Below, one piece after another: positions 17,391 through 24,475 of a stretch of DNA of 37,208 bases (positions within the stretch are counted from its first letter, which is position 1; each line of letters begins with the position of its first letter). The stretch covers positions 1 to 37,208 of the IMG/VR virus record IMGVR_UViG_3300028886_000020; one strand, written 5' to 3'. The translations under genes and the position numbers were made by a program. Origin of the DNA: a virus. The notes below the pieces were generated by a model. The model was not told the origin of the DNA and did not search any database. It worked only from the letters and a program-made list of their open reading frames with translations.

Positions 17391-18977
17391 TTATAGATAA
17401 TAATATATATCAAGTTCAAACAGATTATCAACATATCTGCCTATTCCTGGCTTGGATTCACAGTTATTACGATATATTATTTTTCTAATACATGATTTTA
17501 GCATTATGTTTTTTTGAGTGGCAGATATGCTTGAATCTGTCAGAGCATTCAGACAATCTTGAAAACGCATGATTTTTTCCTGATAATCAATTTCAGCAGG
17601 AACAGAGTTTCTTGCCTGTAACAGGGATTCCCTTACTTTAGCAATTTGTTCCTGAAGTTTTGCATTTCTTTTAAGATATTCAGCTTTAGTATAGATACCA
17701 TCTTCTAAATAATCTTTCTGTTTTTCGTCTTTTTCTTTTAATGCTTTTAGGTCTGCCTCAAGGTTTTCTATAATATTCATATGCATCTTCTTTGAATTAG
17801 CAGAATTATTTTTTAATTTTATTTCAAAATTTTTAATAGCTTTTGTCATTGATTCAATAACTTTAGCTTCAAAAGCTGAATACATAACAGATCTTGTATG
17901 GCAATTAGCCTGATTATTGCATATCATACTTTGACTTATAGTACCAGTCTGATTTTTGCCTTGTTTATATTTTTTGTGAGACATTGCTCTTCCACACGTT
18001 CCACAATACAATAAACCGGCATAAGGATTAGTTAATTCTTCACTTTTTCGAAGTCGGGGATTTTTTCCTTTTTTATCAAGGATTTTATTATATGTTTCTT
18101 CGTCTATAATTGCTTCATGTTTACCATCTACTATAATGCAGTCATTCTTGTTATTTGGTCTTGATTTGACTATTTCTCCATCTGAAAGTTTCTTGACTGT
18201 CTTCCTATGATTCCATCTTATCTTGCCAATTATAACCGGATTTTCGATAATGTCTTTAATGGCAGCAGGGGACCAGTATTCACTTTTTCTTGGTTTAAAA
18301 CCATATTCATCAAGGGATCTTGCAATCTTGGTAAATCCATATCCCTTATTCAGATATAAATCAACCATAATCCTAATTGCATCTGCTTCAATGGGATTTA
18401 TTTCTAAAGTATGACATGTTCGTTTGCCCTCTTCATATGTAAGTTTATTATAGCCATACGGAGTAACAGAACCAATGTAGTTTCCTCTCTTAACGGATGC
18501 TTCCCTGCCTCTTCTTTGAATTTTTTTATAATATTCAAGATAATCACTACCTTTGGTTAATTCCATTTCAAAGAATTTTCGGTCGTATTCATCATTCAGG
18601 TCATAGGTTTTCTGTGGTGTAATTGCAAGTGTATTGGTATATCGCAATGCGTTAACCATTCTGCCACAGTCCTGTAAATCACCTCTTGAAAATCTCTGAG
18701 GCTCAATTACAATTACACCTTTTAAAAAGCCTGTTTCCATCTGTTGCATAATATTTTGAATAACCGGTCTGTCATCAATGGTTTCACCTGATGCAACCTC
18801 TCTGTAAATCTGATTATCAGGAAGTTTCTGACCGAATTCATTTTCACAAAATTCCTGCAAAATGTCTTCATGCTTTTTAAGAACCTCTTCAACAGACATT
18901 GAAGGCTCATCAGATTGTGATTTTCGCAGATAAATAACTACTTCATCAATTGATATTTGAACATCTTTGTAAAACAT
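17391..18977 (-). CDS. int: Large serine recombinase (integrase)
   Basis: Resolvase-type N-terminus VVIYLRKSQSDE (catalytic Ser context), recombinase domain (PYGYNK), zinc ribbon CGTCGRAM...CNNQANCH and a C-terminal coiled coil. Confidence 0.9.
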   Translation of the reverse strand: MFYKDVQISIDEVVIYLRKSQSDEPSMSVEEVLKKHEDILQEFCENEFGQKLPDNQIYREVASGETIDDRPVIQNIMQQMETGFLKGVIVIEPQRFSRGDLQDCGRMVNALRYTNTLAITPQKTYDLNDEYDRKFFEMELTKGSDYLEYYKKIQRRGREASVKRGNYIGSVTPYGYNKLTYEEGKRTCHTLEINPIEADAIRIMVDLYLNKGYGFTKIARSLDEYGFKPRKSEYWSPAAIKDIIENPVIIGKIRWNHRKTVKKLSDGEIVKSRPNNKNDCIIVDGKHEAIIDEETYNKILDKKGKNPRLRKSEELTNPYAGLLYCGTCGRAMSHKKYKQGKNQTGTISQSMICNNQANCHTRSVMYSAFEAKVIESMTKAIKNFEIKLKNNSANSKKMHMNIIENLEADLKALKEKDEKQKDYLEDGIYTKAEYLKRNAKLQEQIAKVRESLLQARNSVPAEIDYQEKIMRFQDCLNALTDSSISATQKNIMLKSCIRKIIYRNNCESKPGIGRYVDNLFELDIYYYL

Positions 18978-19087
18978 TTTTGAAATCCCCTTTCATGTCA
19001 TATTGTTTGTTATTAGTATATGAAATTCTAATTGATATTATATATAGATCAGTATCGTTGGTGTCCTCTATTGGAGCAGGGGCATTT

Positions 19088-20071
19088 TTAATTACCAGAT
19101 AAAGAAATAGAAGTTATTAATTTGTTCAATACTTTTCTATCCCATAATAAAATGTTTGTTTTATTTGCCAAAGTAATAGCTGATTCTGTAAAAGTCTGAT
19201 TTGTTAAGACAACACCAACGTGACAATTATAATAGTTTTTACCTGAATATACTTCTTGAATAGCGTGATTTCCAACAGGTTTACTATAACATTTACATTG
19301 AATTGCATATTTTATTCCGTCTTTTTCAGCTAGAATATCTACTCCTTGGTCTCCTGAAGATTTTGTTTGTTTAACATTAATGAAATTATTCTTTGAGAGA
19401 ATAACAACGCAGAATTTTTCGAATTCTTCCCCGGTCATATCATCATAAGTAATTTGAGATTTTGATGTATAAGTATTATCTTGAGACTTTGCTTCAGATA
19501 ATTCAGTATCAATAATTTCTTTTCTAGGCTTAGAAAACTTATACATAAACTTTTCAAATTGTTCTAATGATATAAGAACTTCACTATGCTTAATTTCGTC
19601 AGTAGGACTTATTATACCAGCCTCTTCTAATTGTTCCATAATCCTTGAGGCACGATTAGGTCCAATTTTGAGCATTCGTTGAATCATACTTGTGTAAGCA
19701 ATCTTCTTTTCTATAACAAATCTTGCAGCATCTTCAAATAAATCATCATAATAATCATAGATATAAATTGTTTTAATCATAGTATTTTCCTTATTTATTA
19801 ATAAATCATTGTTAGCAATGTTATTTGTATCATTCAATAACTTATTGTTAACATTATCAATAACTTCAACTGTGTTAAGACTATTTTGCTTTTTAAGTTT
19901 ATACTTTCTTATAAAGGAACGAATAAATAAGAATGACAAATAGAATAACATACATATAAAAAAAATAATAATTATAACAGACAACGACATTACAACTAGT
20001 ACTATTGCTGAACCAACTAGCATAATTAAAGTAACTAATTTAAGTAATGGTATTCTATTTCGCCTTTTCAT
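19088..20071 (-). CDS. Membrane-anchored FtsK-gamma-like wHTH plus Mrr_cat (PD-(D/E)xK) restriction-endonuclease-like fusion protein
   Basis: Two N-terminal TM helices. YTSMIQRMLKIGPNRASRIMEQLEEAGIISP matches the FtsK gamma consensus (SxLQRxLxIGYNRAARxxExxExxGIV). The C-terminus GEEFEKF...GDQGVDILAEKDGIKYAIQCKCY...LTNQTFTESA matches the Mrr catalytic core (D...QxK). Confidence 0.75.
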   Translation of the reverse strand: MKRRNRIPLLKLVTLIMLVGSAIVLVVMSLSVIIIIFFICMLFYLSFLFIRSFIRKYKLKKQNSLNTVEVIDNVNNKLLNDTNNIANNDLLINKENTMIKTIYIYDYYDDLFEDAARFVIEKKIAYTSMIQRMLKIGPNRASRIMEQLEEAGIISPTDEIKHSEVLISLEQFEKFMYKFSKPRKEIIDTELSEAKSQDNTYTSKSQITYDDMTGEEFEKFCVVILSKNNFINVKQTKSSGDQGVDILAEKDGIKYAIQCKCYSKPVGNHAIQEVYSGKNYYNCHVGVVLTNQTFTESAITLANKTNILLWDRKVLNKLITSISLSGN

Positions 20072-20115
20072 TTAATATTCCCTCTCTTCATTAAAAAAAA
20101 TAGTAGTATACTATA

Positions 20116-20556
20116 TTAATAATTACATTGATTAAGTCGTAATTTTATTAGATTTTCTTCATATCCTAGTAGTCTTGATAGTTGGGATATTGAGTAATCA
20201 CTATATTCCACTAATATGCTATCGGGTATTAGTAATTCTACAGCAAAACGATTAGCTTCAATTTCATATTTATTTGTATTAAAATTTGTTTTAGTATCCA
20301 TATAAATATGGTTGCATTTATTATGCAAAATTAAATGCCCTAATTCGTGAGAGCAAACAAACATTTTTTCGTTATAAGTAAGGTTCTCGTCAATATATAT
20401 AATATAATTTCTTTTATAGTATTGATAGAAGCCTCTTACACCAGATAAAGGTGCAGTTACTAATATAACATTTTTCATCCCTTTAATAATTTCAAACGGA
20501 TTTCTGCTCTTATATTTTTTTACAGTAAGAGCAACAGAGTCTTTAATAGACTTCAT
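20116..20556 (-). CDS. ImmA/IrrE-family metallopeptidase (Peptidase_M78)
   Basis: HEXXH motif SHELGHLILH. 146 aa, immediately downstream of and co-oriented with the XRE repressor. Confidence 0.85.
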   Translation of the reverse strand: MKSIKDSVALTVKKYKSRNPFEIIKGMKNVILVTAPLSGVRGFYQYYKRNYIIYIDENLTYNEKMFVCSHELGHLILHNKCNHIYMDTKTNFNTNKYEIEANRFAVELLIPDSILVEYSDYSISQLSRLLGYEENLIKLRLNQCNY

Positions 20557-20562
20557 ATAGCA

Positions 20563-20991
20563 TCAATCCTTTTTATACTTATTTGGTGTATATTTCTTGT
20601 TATTTTTCTTTGCCATTTCCATTCCTATTTTCATAGCAGAAATAATTGAGCTGATACTTTCTTCACTTGCTGGTTCGCCATCAAACATTAAGCCCTCTTG
20701 ATTAAGAAGTGCTTCTGTATCTGATAAGATTTTAGTAATCTCTTTTTGGTCTTTAGAATTTAATTCTTGTTGTGGTTTCTCTTCTAATAAATCAGATTTT
20801 TCAATACCTAGGTAATCAGCAAGCATTTGAATTTTACCCATACGTGGTAATTTAGCACCTGTACACCAACTTGATACTGTAGCAGAACTTAATCCTAAAT
20901 CATTAATTAAATCGATTTGTTTTTTACCATTTAAAGTCATATAATAATTTAACTTTCTTACAAACACCTTTCGATATTCTTCATCTGACAT
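20563..20991 (-). CDS. XRE-family HTH repressor (CI-like)
   Basis: HTH segment KKQIDLINDLGLSSATVSSWCTGAKLPRMGKIQMLADYLG. RBS AAAGAGGTG lies before the ATG at 20991. The gene is divergent from the cro-like gene. Confidence 0.85.
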   Translation of the reverse strand: MSDEEYRKVFVRKLNYYMTLNGKKQIDLINDLGLSSATVSSWCTGAKLPRMGKIQMLADYLGIEKSDLLEEKPQQELNSKDQKEITKILSDTEALLNQEGLMFDGEPASEESISSIISAMKIGMEMAKKNNKKYTPNKYKKD

Positions 20992-21020
20992 ATAAATCAC
21001 CTCTTTCTAGGTTTTAACTA

Positions 21021-21049
21021 ATATTAACATACTTAAAGCGAGATGTAAA
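21021..21049 (-). promoter_or_regulatory. Putative repressor promoter (minus strand): TTTACA-17-TAATAT
   Basis: Read on the reverse complement. The -35 is at 21049-21044 and the -10 at 21026-21021. Confidence 0.45.
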
Positions 21050-21081
21050 GAAAAAAAGTAAAAAAAAACTTACTAAAAGTA

Positions 21082-21110
21082 TTGACAACTTAATTAAAGT
21101 AAGTTATACT
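21082..21110 (+). promoter_or_regulatory. Putative early lytic promoter: TTGACA-17-TATACT
   Basis: Consensus -35 at 21082-21087, 17-nt spacer, -10 at 21105-21110. The spacer contains the dyad ACTTA-N7-TAAGT, a possible operator. Confidence 0.65.
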
Positions 21111-21139
21111 TAATTCATCAAATGAGAAAGGAGCAAGAG

Positions 21140-21259
21140 ATGAAACTTGAGAAAAAAATAAACGAGTTGAAAAAAGTGATTGCCGCACTTATCCAACTCG
21201 CATTAGAAATAGGAACTCTCTTATCGGTAATCAAAATGATAATCGAGAGTATCCACTAA
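21140..21259 (+). CDS. Micro-ORF, 39 aa, amphipathic/hydrophobic peptide
   Basis: MKLEKKINELKKVIAALIQLALEIGTLLSVIKMIIESIH. RBS GAAAGGAG lies 6 nt upstream. It is the first ORF after the early promoter and is below the ORF-track cutoff. Confidence 0.5.
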   Translation: MKLEKKINELKKVIAALIQLALEIGTLLSVIKMIIESIH

Positions 21260-21322
21260 AGGAAAGGGGCGAAAGCCCCCGACCTATAATTAATTATATC
21301 ATAGTTTCATTTCAGTAGCAAT

Positions 21323-21415
21323 ATGAAAAAAATTATCAAGGAACTAATAGGACTTATAGGCTTAATTATAATGCTTATATGGATTGTTGCAGGGCTAATA
21401 ATTATGTTGCTATAA
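21323..21415 (+). CDS. Micro-ORF, 30 aa, single TM
   Basis: MKKIIKELIGLIGLIIMLIWIVAGLIIMLL. No clear RBS. Confidence 0.25.
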   Translation: MKKIIKELIGLIGLIIMLIWIVAGLIIMLL

Positions 21416-21466
21416 GTGTAAAGCTGACCTAACGGCTATACGGGGAATAAAAAAGGAGGTTAGAAA

Positions 21467-21697
21467 GTGGCAAAATTTGAAATATCATTGGCATCTGCAA
21501 GAATAAATGCTAACCTGACACAACAAGAGGTAGCAGATAAGATGCATATATCAAAACAAACTCTAGTAAACTGGGAAAAATATAGAACAGAACCATCAGT
21601 AACACAAGCTGATGAGCTGATAAAATTATACAATCTACCAAGAGATTGTATTTCTTTTAAATCAAAAAACGCACTTAAAGTAGGAAAATTAATTTAA
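21467..21697 (+). CDS. Cro-like XRE-family HTH regulator
   Basis: GTG start with RBS AAAGGAGG. HTH segment LTQQEVADKMHISKQTLVNWEKYRTEPS. Divergent from the repressor gene. Confidence 0.8.
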   Translation: MAKFEISLASARINANLTQQEVADKMHISKQTLVNWEKYRTEPSVTQADELIKLYNLPRDCISFKSKNALKVGKLI

Positions 21698-21712
21698 ACA
21701 GGAGGCGATAAG

Positions 21713-21835
21713 ATGATATTTATATTAGCCTATGCAATTGTAATTACTATTTATGCAGCAGTTACACGCATAAGCCTATTATCAATACTTTTGTATTATG
21801 CAGATAGGCATATAAGCCTGCCTGATGACAACTAA
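21713..21835 (+). CDS. Micro-ORF, 40 aa, hydrophobic
   Basis: MIFILAYAIVITIYAAVTRISLLSILLYYADRHISLPDDN. GGAGG lies 7 nt upstream of the ATG. Confidence 0.45.
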   Translation: MIFILAYAIVITIYAAVTRISLLSILLYYADRHISLPDDN

Positions 21836-21937
21836 ATACAAAAGTATACGATAAAGGCTTGCAAGAAGCTATTTCATATTCATAGGTAAGAATTAATCAT
21901 ACCAGTTACAACACCAGAAGAAAGGAGCTGAGAACAT

Positions 21938-22120
21938 ATGTCAGAAACGAAAAAAATAGACAATGAAATGGAACTTATAGAACAGTGTAAACCAATAATT
22001 GAAATGTTGAAGAAAAAGGGATGTGATTATACAGAAGTAATAATAAGCAGGAATAAAATTGAGATTAAAACAACAATGCTTGGGATACCAATATTGGAAA
22101 CGACTAACCCAAAGGATTAG
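21938..22120 (+). CDS. Hypothetical protein (60 aa)
   Basis: RBS GAAAGGAG lies upstream of the ATG. Confidence 0.55.
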   Translation: MSETKKIDNEMELIEQCKPIIEMLKKKGCDYTEVIISRNKIEIKTTMLGIPILETTNPKD

Positions 22121-22134
22121 CCGTCCCGTAATTA

Positions 22135-22335
22135 TTATACACGCTTATAAGAGTGTATTTTATCTAGACGTGACAATTCAGAACCTAAAGATGGTGAAGC
22201 AAGAAATGCTATATATTCAGATTCAGTTACTCCGTAGTACTGATATATAGCACCATTATGAAATTGAACTTCCATAATATTGTTTTCCCAACCAACATTT
22301 AAGATTCTGCTTGATGACACAGGGTGTCTTAACAT
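22135..22335 (-). CDS. KTSC domain protein (66 aa)
   Basis: SSRILNVGWENNIMEVQFHNGAIYQYYGVTESEYIAFLASPSLG fits the KTSC pattern. RBS GAGAGGAGG lies before the ATG at 22335. It is a lone minus-strand gene within the early region. Confidence 0.7.
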   Translation of the reverse strand: MLRHPVSSSRILNVGWENNIMEVQFHNGAIYQYYGVTESEYIAFLASPSLGSELSRLDKIHSYKRV

Positions 22336-22494
22336 ATTTTTCCTCCTCTCATATGTACTAGGTTGTTGCAGCAACCAGTAATAACATTATAGGAGTGAAA
22401 AAGCAATAATTCAAGTATTGTCTAGCAAGGTAGCCATTAATTGTAATTAGGACAATCGGCTACAACATATCTTCATAAAAAAGGAGGGTGCGCT

Positions 22495-22674
22495 ATGGAT
22501 GAATATACAACAACTACATACGAATATCCGGACCATACTATAGTCAGAGTACACAGACCAATTCTTACGGAAGAAGAAAGAGAAGCAAGAATGGAAAAAG
22601 TAAAAGAAGCAGCAGCTCATTTTTTATCGGAAGTAATAAAAGAAAAGAAAAAGAACAATGAAAATTGGCCTTAG
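22495..22674 (+). CDS. Hypothetical protein (59 aa)
   Basis: MDEYTTTTYEYPDHTIVRVHRPILTEEEREARMEKVKEAAAHFL... RBS AAGGAGGG. Just below the ORF-track cutoff. Confidence 0.6.
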   Translation: MDEYTTTTYEYPDHTIVRVHRPILTEEEREARMEKVKEAAAHFLSEVIKEKKKNNENWP

Positions 22675-22686
22675 TGAACAGTTAGG

Positions 22687-22711
22687 AAAAAAATAGCCAC
22701 TGTATAGTGGC
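22687..22711 (-). terminator. Intrinsic terminator oriented for the minus strand
   Basis: GCCACT-GTAT-AGTGGC stem-loop. On the minus strand it is followed by TATTTTTTT. Confidence 0.5.
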
Positions 22712-22715
22712 ATCA

Positions 22716-22840
22716 GGATATCGTCAAGAGGGACAAGGGCAAACGAAACCGAAACTACAATACTCAATATCCCCCTTAAATTAATACATTTATTTCCCCT
22801 CATTACATATGCCCTGTGGGTTCGACTCCCACGATATCCG
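22716..22840 (+). ncRNA. tRNA-like element: 7-bp acceptor-type closing stem plus canonical T-arm around an approximately 93-nt insert
   Basis: GGATATC (22716-22722) pairs with GATATCC (22833-22839). T-arm is GTGGG-TTCGACT-CCCAC (22816-22832). AGGGC (22736-40) pairs with GCCCT (22811-15) abutting the T-stem. No D-arm or anticodon arm is recognisable and there is no encoded CCA. Confidence 0.35.
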
Positions 22841-22868
22841 CTGATATTTGTTCTGAAAGGAGGGCAAG

Positions 22869-22896
22869 AAAAAAGGTTGGTGCGGCAACACCAACC
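22869..22896 (-). terminator. Intrinsic terminator oriented for the minus strand
   Basis: GGTTGGTG-CGGCAA-CACCAACC. It is flanked by A6 on both sides of the + strand, so the U-tract exists only on the minus strand. Confidence 0.5.
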
Positions 22897-22956
22897 AAAA
22901 AACAAATATCTAATAATTCAACATATTTATTATACCACAAGAAAGGAATAAAGCAA

Positions 22957-23145
22957 ATGAAAAATAGAGGACCAGAAACAATATTAATAATTTTAGCAAT
23001 AATCTTAATTATAATATATCACTATTTAGACAATATGCCTGCTATAAAGAGAATACCTAATTCTTCATCTGCACCAACTGTTACGGCAGAGGAAGAAATG
23101 CAGATTATATATGAAAGAGAATCAGTTCTTGGAATGGAGGATTAA
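22957..23145 (+). CDS. Small membrane protein (62 aa)
   Basis: MKNRGPETILIILAIILIIIYHYL... RBS GAAAGGA. The upstream part of the tracked ORF (22816-22956) runs over the tRNA-like element and is rejected. Confidence 0.55.
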   Translation: MKNRGPETILIILAIILIIIYHYLDNMPAIKRIPNSSSAPTVTAEEEMQIIYERESVLGMED

Positions 23146-23146
23146 A

Positions 23147-23314
23147 ATGCATAAGTGCGAAATATGTGGTTGCTATTTAGATGCAGGCGAACATTGTGAT
23201 TGTTATGTAACAATTAATGCCTGCAAGGAAATGTGGAAAGATAATACATATGTTGATAAAGACGGACAATTAACCATAAAGGAAAAGGAGATGAAAGAAG
23301 AATGCTGTGCGTAA
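23147..23314 (+). CDS. Cys-rich mini-protein (55 aa), zinc-ribbon-like
   Basis: MHKCEICGCYLDAGEHCDCY...EECCA. RBS GGAGGA. Confidence 0.6.
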   Translation: MHKCEICGCYLDAGEHCDCYVTINACKEMWKDNTYVDKDGQLTIKEKEMKEECCA

Positions 23315-23484
23315 ATGGAACTAAAGAGTGCGACGGTTGTGGAATGTGTGAAACAAGAAAAGAAGTTACCGTATGTGACGAATGTGGGGACCCTTTATAT
23401 GAGGGTGAGGAAGCATATGTTATTGGTGGTAATTATTATTGTGAAAATTGTATAAGTGATGCAAAACAGACAATCGGAGATTAG
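23302..23484 (+). CDS. Cys-rich mini-protein (60 aa), double CxxC zinc ribbon
   Basis: ECDGCGMCE...VCDECGD...YYCENCI. Overlaps the previous gene by 13 nt. Confidence 0.6.
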   Translation: MLCVNGTKECDGCGMCETRKEVTVCDECGDPLYEGEEAYVIGGNYYCENCISDAKQTIGD

Positions 23485-23497
23485 AAAGGATAAGCAA

Positions 23498-24475
23498 ATG
23501 GAAAAGTTAGAATTAGAAGTATCATACAAAAACGGAAAAATAGAAGATAACATTGATGTAATAAAAGAAAGCATAGCAGAAACAATGAAATTGTATATGG
23601 ATATAAAAGTTACAGAAGATAATATCCAGAAAGAAAAAGAAGAACTTGCTACTTTGAGAAAAATAAAGGCAGCAGTTGAAACAAAGAGGAAAAACGTAAA
23701 GAAAGAGTGGAATAAACCATATGAAGATTTTGAAGCAAGATGCAAAGAAATAACAGCAATTATTGATGAGCCAATAGAACTTATAGATAAGCAGCTTGCA
23801 GAATTTGAGGTTAAACGTAAAGAGCAGAAGAGAAAAATAATAAGACAGATATTTGATGAAAATGTCGGTGCTGCCAAAGATTACTTAGAGCTTGCTAAGA
23901 TATATAACACAAAATGGGAAAATCAGACATTCACAGAAAAGAAAATACTTGAAGAAATAAAGGCAGCAGTTGACAGTACAATACTTGCCATAGACACCAT
24001 AAAGGGAATGAACAGCGAAGCAGTTGATGAAGCCTTATTAATGTATAAGAGTGACCTGTCATTAACAAATGCAATTTCATATATTAATTCTTACGAAGTA
24101 CGTAAGGCAGAAATATTAAAGAGAGAAAAAGAGAAGAGAGAAAGGGAAGAAAAAGAAAGACTTGAGAAAGAGAAAGCAGAAGCAGAACGTAAAGAGCGTG
24201 AGGCAATGCGTAAAAGGATTGAAGAGGAGGAAAGATTAAAGGCTGATGAGCAGAGAAGAATAGATGAAGCATTTGAGGTAGCTGATAAAGAGCAGCAGTT
24301 ACCGGAAGATGAAAGCAGACCATTTAATGAAGTCGAAGAGGACATTAAACCATTTACACAGGAAGAATCACAGGAAGAGAAGAAATGGCATCAATTAGAT
24401 GTATTAGTATCTGCATCAGAGTATGAAAAAGTAGTCAGTTATATTACAGAATTAGGAATTGAGGTCAGATATTAA
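23498..24475 (+). CDS. DUF1351-like phage protein (recombination-module accessory) with an E/K/R-rich coiled coil
   Basis: LEVSYKNGKIEDNIDVIKESIAE...EELATLRKIKAAVETKRKNVKKEWNKPYEDFEARCKE follows the DUF1351 pattern. It lies directly upstream of the ERF gene. Confidence 0.65.
   Translation: MEKLELEVSYKNGKIEDNIDVIKESIAETMKLYMDIKVTEDNIQKEKEELATLRKIKAAVETKRKNVKKEWNKPYEDFEARCKEITAIIDEPIELIDKQLAEFEVKRKEQKRKIIRQIFDENVGAAKDYLELAKIYNTKWENQTFTEKKILEEIKAAVDSTILAIDTIKGMNSEAVDEALLMYKSDLSLTNAISYINSYEVRKAEILKREKEKREREEKERLEKEKAEAERKEREAMRKRIEEEERLKADEQRRIDEAFEVADKEQQLPEDESRPFNEVEEDIKPFTQEESQEEKKWHQLDVLVSASEYEKVVSYITELGIEVRY

Noticed and set aside
21140-21697. acr-aca (anti-CRISPR plus HTH) operon reading of the promoter, small ORFs and HTH arrangement
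   Set aside because: The HTH gene is divergent from a CI-like repressor and ImmA pair, which is the classical Cro position. The small ORFs are hydrophobic peptides, unlike known soluble Acr proteins. Nothing else supports the reading.
22716-22840. Interpretation of the tRNA-like element as a bona fide tmRNA (ssrA)
   Set aside because: It is only about 125 nt, against about 350 nt for a tmRNA. The acceptor does not start with GGGG and lacks the G3:U70 alanine identity pair. The tag-like GCAAACGAA... frame has no stop within the element, and no pseudoknots are evident. I kept it only as an unexplained tRNA-like structure.
22816-22956. N-terminal 47 codons of the tracked ORF 22816..23145, and the antisense ORF 22624..22905
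   Set aside because: Both run across the structured tRNA-like and terminator region. They have no RBS and have odd composition. The ATG at 22957 with an RBS gives a sensible small membrane protein.
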